From NCBI GenBank assembly GCA_963770935.1, contig CAVYRJ010000004.1, forward strand, positions 32,001 through 96,000: a stretch of DNA of 64,000 bases, written 5' to 3'. Made by a program: the position numbers and the translations under genes. Position 1 is the stretch's first letter; each line of letters begins with the position of its first letter. This stretch comes from Candidatus Bathyarchaeota archaeon. Lineage in GTDB: Archaea; Thermoproteota; Bathyarchaeia; Bathyarchaeales; Bathycorpusculaceae. The notes under the pieces were generated by a model. The model saw only the letters and a list, made by a program, of their open reading frames with translations. It was not told where the DNA came from and made no database searches. Below, one piece after another: positions 60,208 to 64,000 of the stretch.

Positions 60208-61362
60208 TTGATGCTAGATTTTATACCGTATGGTAAGCAATCGATAGACGAAGAAGACATTAAAGCAGTAACAAATGTTTTGCGTTCCGATTGGTTAACT
60301 ACAGGCCCAATGGTTGAGGCTTTTGAAAAGGCGGTAGCAGAACTTGTAGGTGCCAAGTATGCAGTGGCTTTTTCAAGTGGAACTGCTGGTTTGCATGCCG
60401 CTGCGTTTGCTTCAAACATTGTCAAAGGAGATGAAGTTCTTGTGCCGCCTATGACTTTTGTTGCGACTGCTAACTCTGTGGTGTATCAAGGGGGAAATCC
60501 CGTTTTTGTTGATGTAGAACCGGATACATTATTGATAGATCCTTTGAAATTGGAAGAGAAGATTAATCCTAAAACCCGAGCTATAATTGCGGTTGATTAT
60601 GCTGGACAGCCATGTAATTACGATGATTTGAGCAAGATTGCTGAAAAAAATAATTTGATTCTTATTTCAGATGCTTGTCATGCTCTTGGAGCTAAATATC
60701 GAGGAAGCCGGATTGGTTCTTTGGCGGATCTTACTGTTTTTAGTTTCCATCCTGTAAAGCACATAACTACAGGGGAAGGTGGAATGGTTGTTACCGATAA
60801 TGCAGACTTTGCGAATAGGATGCGACGGTTTCGTAATCATGGCATTCAAACTGATTATCGTCAAAGAGCTGAGGCTGGAACTTGGTTTTATGAGATGGTG
60901 GATCTTGGTTATAATTATCGGTTGACAGATATTCAGTGTGCCTTAGGTTTAAGTCAGTTGAGAAAGCTCGGAGGTTGGATTGATAGAAGGCGAGAAATTG
61001 CCAAAATGTATGATGCAGGTTTTCGTGGTGAATCGTGCGTTAAAGCGTTGAAGGTAAGTGGAGATGTTTTTCATGTTTATCATCTATATGTTGTTCAGTT
61101 ATCCATTGATAAACTAAAGTTGAGTAAGTCACAGATTTTTTCGTCTTTGAGGAATGCTGGGATTGGTGTGAACGTGCATTATATTCCTGTTCATTTGCAC
61201 CCGTATTACAAAGTAAACTTTGGGACTTCATTGGGTTTATGTCCAGTTGCAGAGTCTGCTTACGAGAGAATCCTTTCTTTACCAATTTTTCCAGGGATGT
61301 CAGATGATGATGTCAGCCGTGTAATAGTGGAAGTTAAGAAAGTCTTGGAGAATTGTTCATGA
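60208..61362 (+). CDS. pseC: UDP-4-amino-4,6-dideoxy-AltNAc transaminase
   Basis: IPYG.Q.I...DI, LTTGP, DACHALG, FSFHPVKHITTGEGG, LGYNYR.TDIQ.ALG.SQL. Confidence 0.92.
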   Translation: MMLDFIPYGKQSIDEEDIKAVTNVLRSDWLTTGPMVEAFEKAVAELVGAKYAVAFSSGTAGLHAAAFASNIVKGDEVLVPPMTFVATANSVVYQGGNPVFVDVEPDTLLIDPLKLEEKINPKTRAIIAVDYAGQPCNYDDLSKIAEKNNLILISDACHALGAKYRGSRIGSLADLTVFSFHPVKHITTGEGGMVVTDNADFANRMRRFRNHGIQTDYRQRAEAGTWFYEMVDLGYNYRLTDIQCALGLSQLRKLGGWIDRRREIAKMYDAGFRGESCVKALKVSGDVFHVYHLYVVQLSIDKLKLSKSQIFSSLRNAGIGVNVHYIPVHLHPYYKVNFGTSLGLCPVAESAYERILSLPIFPGMSDDDVSRVIVEVKKVLENCS

Positions 61363-62091
61363 GAATTGTTGCAATAATCCAGGCTAGAATGAACAGTAAT
61401 AGGTTACCTGGGAAAGTGCTGAAAGATATTTGTGGCGAATCAATGCTTAGTCGGGTTGTTCATCGTGTTAAGTCTGCGGCTTCTTTAGATAAGGTTGTTG
61501 TTGCAACCAGCGATACGCTTGTTGATGATTTAATTGAAAATGAATGTGGTAAGTTAGGTGTCTCTGTTTTTAGAGGTAGGGAAGATGATGTACTTGACCG
61601 GTTTTTTCAAGCTGCACTTTATCATAAGGCTGAAGTTGTTGTTCGTATTACTGCTGATTGTCCTTTGATTGAGCCAGAAATTATTGATAAGGTTGTTCAA
61701 GCTTTTTTGAAGTTCAGAAGTGGATTATGCTAGTAATACATTGCAACGGACCTATCCTCGTGGTTTAGATGTTGAAGCGGTTGGTTTACAAGCTCTAACT
61801 ACCGCTTGGAAAAATTCATTTAAGCCATATCATAGAGCCCATGTAACGCCATATATTTATGAAAATACTGATTTATTCAAGCTTTTATCAGTAACTAATT
61901 CAAGTGACTGGAGCAGATATCGTTGGACCGTGGATACTCATGAAGATCTTCAATTCGTTCGTAGAGTCTATGAGATTCTAGGCGGCAACAGTCTATTCAG
62001 CTGGAATGAGGTATTGAGTCTATGCGAGGGGAATCAAAGTCTGGTCGAACTGAATTGTCATGTACAACAGAAACCTTTGGAGAAGAGTTAG
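61359..62091 (+). CDS. pseF: Cytidylyltransferase (PseF/SpsF-like), frameshift near 61712
   Basis: IIQARM.S.RLPGKVL, RITADCPLI, DYASN...YP.G.DVE, HVTPY, RWTVDT.ED. Confidence 0.85.
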
Positions 62092-62094
62092 TAT

Positions 62095-63612
62095 TTGATA
62101 GTTTTTAGGGCAGACGCTAGCCCTCAAATTGGCACTGGTCATATTATGCGTTGTCTAGCGCTCGGGCAAATTTTTCGAAAGGTCGGTGAAGGTTCAGTTT
62201 TTGTAATGTGCCAGATTACTCCGTCTATAAGGGTTCGTCTTGAATCAGAAGGTTTCGGGATAAAAGTGTTAAATTGCATTCCAGGAAGCGCTGATGATGT
62301 TGAACAGACACTACTGGTGTTAAAGGATGTATCGGCTTCGTGGATAGTATTAGATGGATACAATTTTAACGCGGCGTACCAACTTACAATTAAGGATTCG
62401 GGTAAAAAACTATTGTTTATTGACGATAATGGTTGTGTAAGCCATTATTACGCCGACGTTGTACTTAACCAGAATATCCACGCCTCTGAAAAACTCTATT
62501 CAAAAAGAGAACCTAACACTACCTTGCTATTGGGAACCCGATATGCTCTTCTTCGAGAAGAATTTTTGTCATGGCAAGGATGGAAACGACAGATTCCTGC
62601 ATTAGCTCAAAATATATTGGTGACTCTTGGCGGTTCTGATCCTGAGAATGTTACGAAAAAAATTTATGATGCAATCATTCAACTGGAATTTAATCAACTA
62701 AACGTCATAATTGTTGCAGCAAATAACCAGTATTCTGACCAAATGAAGTTTTTGATTGAAAAATCCAAAGTCAATATATCGCTCAAGAGTAACGTTGAGA
62801 AAATGTCTGATTTAATGGCTTGGGCTGATATTGCTATATCGGCGGGAGGGACTTCAACTTGGGAATTAGCTTTCATGGGTGTGCCAATGATTACCATAGC
62901 AATTGCGGATAATCAATGTCACATAGTTGAAGAACTGAGCAAAGATCGAGTTGCTGTGAATGCTGGTTGGCATAAAGATATAACGCCCTCAATGATCGCC
63001 GAAAAAATTTCTGAGCTGATTTGTGATCCCAAAAAAAGAAGTGAAATGTCGCAGCGGTCTCAAGCTCTTGTAGATGGAAATGGCGCCGATCGAGTTCTTA
63101 AGGCACTGAGGAGCGTTTCGTCATCGAAGACAATAGACAGTTTGCAGTTAAGAAGAGTTCAGGAGGGCGATGAGGATTTTTTATGGCGTCTGGCAAATGA
63201 CCCCGATGTTCGTTCTGCTTCTTTTTCCACAAAGATGATCCCATGGGAAGATCATATTAGATGGTTTAGAAAACAGTTAAACGATCCATCTTGCATTTTT
63301 TTTATTGCAACATGTGAAAATATACCCGTAGGTCAAGTTCGATTTGAAATGAAAGATGAAGAAGCGACAATATCAATCAGTGTTAAAAGAGAGTACCGCA
63401 AAAAGAACTTTGGAAGTAATATAATCAGGATTTCAACGCAGAAAATTTTCGATTCAACTAAGACAAAAAAAGTTCATGGCTACGTAAAGATAGATAATAC
63501 AGCATCTGTTTTAGCCTTTCAAAAAGCTAATTATAAAAATTTAGGACGATGTAATATTAAGGATTATAACTCGTTTCATTTAGTGAAAGAGAGAGAAGAA
63601 ATCAATGACTAA
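62095..63612 (+). CDS. pseG: PseG hydrolase fused to a PseH-like GNAT acetyltransferase
   Basis: FRADA...IG.GH.MRC.AL, IDD, LGGSD, AISAGG.S.WE; C-terminal R..W.NDP.VR, I.W..H..W, GQVRF, N..S...F. Confidence 0.9.
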   Translation: MIVFRADASPQIGTGHIMRCLALGQIFRKVGEGSVFVMCQITPSIRVRLESEGFGIKVLNCIPGSADDVEQTLLVLKDVSASWIVLDGYNFNAAYQLTIKDSGKKLLFIDDNGCVSHYYADVVLNQNIHASEKLYSKREPNTTLLLGTRYALLREEFLSWQGWKRQIPALAQNILVTLGGSDPENVTKKIYDAIIQLEFNQLNVIIVAANNQYSDQMKFLIEKSKVNISLKSNVEKMSDLMAWADIAISAGGTSTWELAFMGVPMITIAIADNQCHIVEELSKDRVAVNAGWHKDITPSMIAEKISELICDPKKRSEMSQRSQALVDGNGADRVLKALRSVSSSKTIDSLQLRRVQEGDEDFLWRLANDPDVRSASFSTKMIPWEDHIRWFRKQLNDPSCIFFIATCENIPVGQVRFEMKDEEATISISVKREYRKKNFGSNIIRISTQKIFDSTKTKKVHGYVKIDNTASVLAFQKANYKNLGRCNIKDYNSFHLVKEREEIND

Positions 63613-64000
63613 TTACATACACATCGGAAAACGTATTATTGGCACCGGTCGACCAGTTTACATTGTGGCTGAATTATCAGCTAATCATAATCAAGACTTT
63701 GATCAAGCGGTGAAGTTGATTCATGCAGCCAAAGAAGCAGGAGTTGATGCCGTCAAAGTTCAAACGTTTACAGCCGATACTATGACTTTGAAGTCTGACA
63801 AAGAATATTTTAAAATAAAGGAAGGCACCCCGTGGAGTGGAAGAACTCTCTATGATCTCTATCGAGAAGCAAGCATGCCTTGGGAATGGCAGCCAAAACT
63901 CAAAATAATTGCTAACGATTTAGGATTAGATTTTTTCTCAACATCGTTTGATATTTCATCGCTCGATTTTTTGGAAGACATGAATGTTCCCATTCACAAA
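63605..64000 (+). CDS. pseI: Pseudaminic acid synthase (partial, runs off right edge)
   Basis: MTNYIHIG...YIVAELSANHNQD...AKEAGVDAVKVQT.TADTMT...W.GR.LYDLY..A.MPWEW; overlaps the pseG stop. Confidence 0.92.
   Translation, partial: MTNYIHIGKRIIGTGRPVYIVAELSANHNQDFDQAVKLIHAAKEAGVDAVKVQTFTADTMTLKSDKEYFKIKEGTPWSGRTLYDLYREASMPWEWQPKLKIIANDLGLDFFSTSFDISSLDFLEDMNVPIHK

Noticed and set aside
1257-62897. Numerous short ORFs antisense to or nested in the called genes
   Set aside because: Shadow ORFs of well-supported genes, with no motifs.

Overview
Archaeal chromosomal segment. Evidence: TBP, Sec11-type signal peptidase, Lhr helicase, a tRNA with a BHB intron and many TTG/GTG starts. The lineage is most likely TACK/Bathyarchaeia-like, which is an inference. 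Layout: (1) 1-13.8 kb is an accessory-looking region with an orphan two-gene contractile-injection-system tube + tube-initiator operon (no sheath, baseplate or spike nearby), a candidate 80-nt hairpin ncRNA, an eL22-like ORF, a PQQ-type beta-propeller surface protein and an arsenic cluster (arsR, arsC, broken arsR2, acr3, arsM, ferredoxin) with repeated operator-like palindromes. It ends at tRNA-Leu(UAA), which has a non-canonical D-arm intron. (2) 14-27 kb holds DNA/transcription and other housekeeping genes (lhr, an unlisted 56-aa Zn-ribbon Cren7-like ORF, sec11, tbp, pyrE, an OB-fold protein) and a complete bacterial-type NHEJ operon (LigD-Pol, Ku, Lig-PE fusion, DUF72). (3) 27.8-64 kb is a large surface-glycan locus: GT2/GT4/GT-C-like transferases, an acyl-aminosugar module containing a 3-hydroxyacyl-CoA dehydrogenase, two amidotransferases and a full pseudaminic-acid pathway (pseB-C-F-G/H-I) running off the right edge. 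Several genes are split by single-base indels that look like assembly errors. All family calls come from motif recognition by eye; no searches were run.
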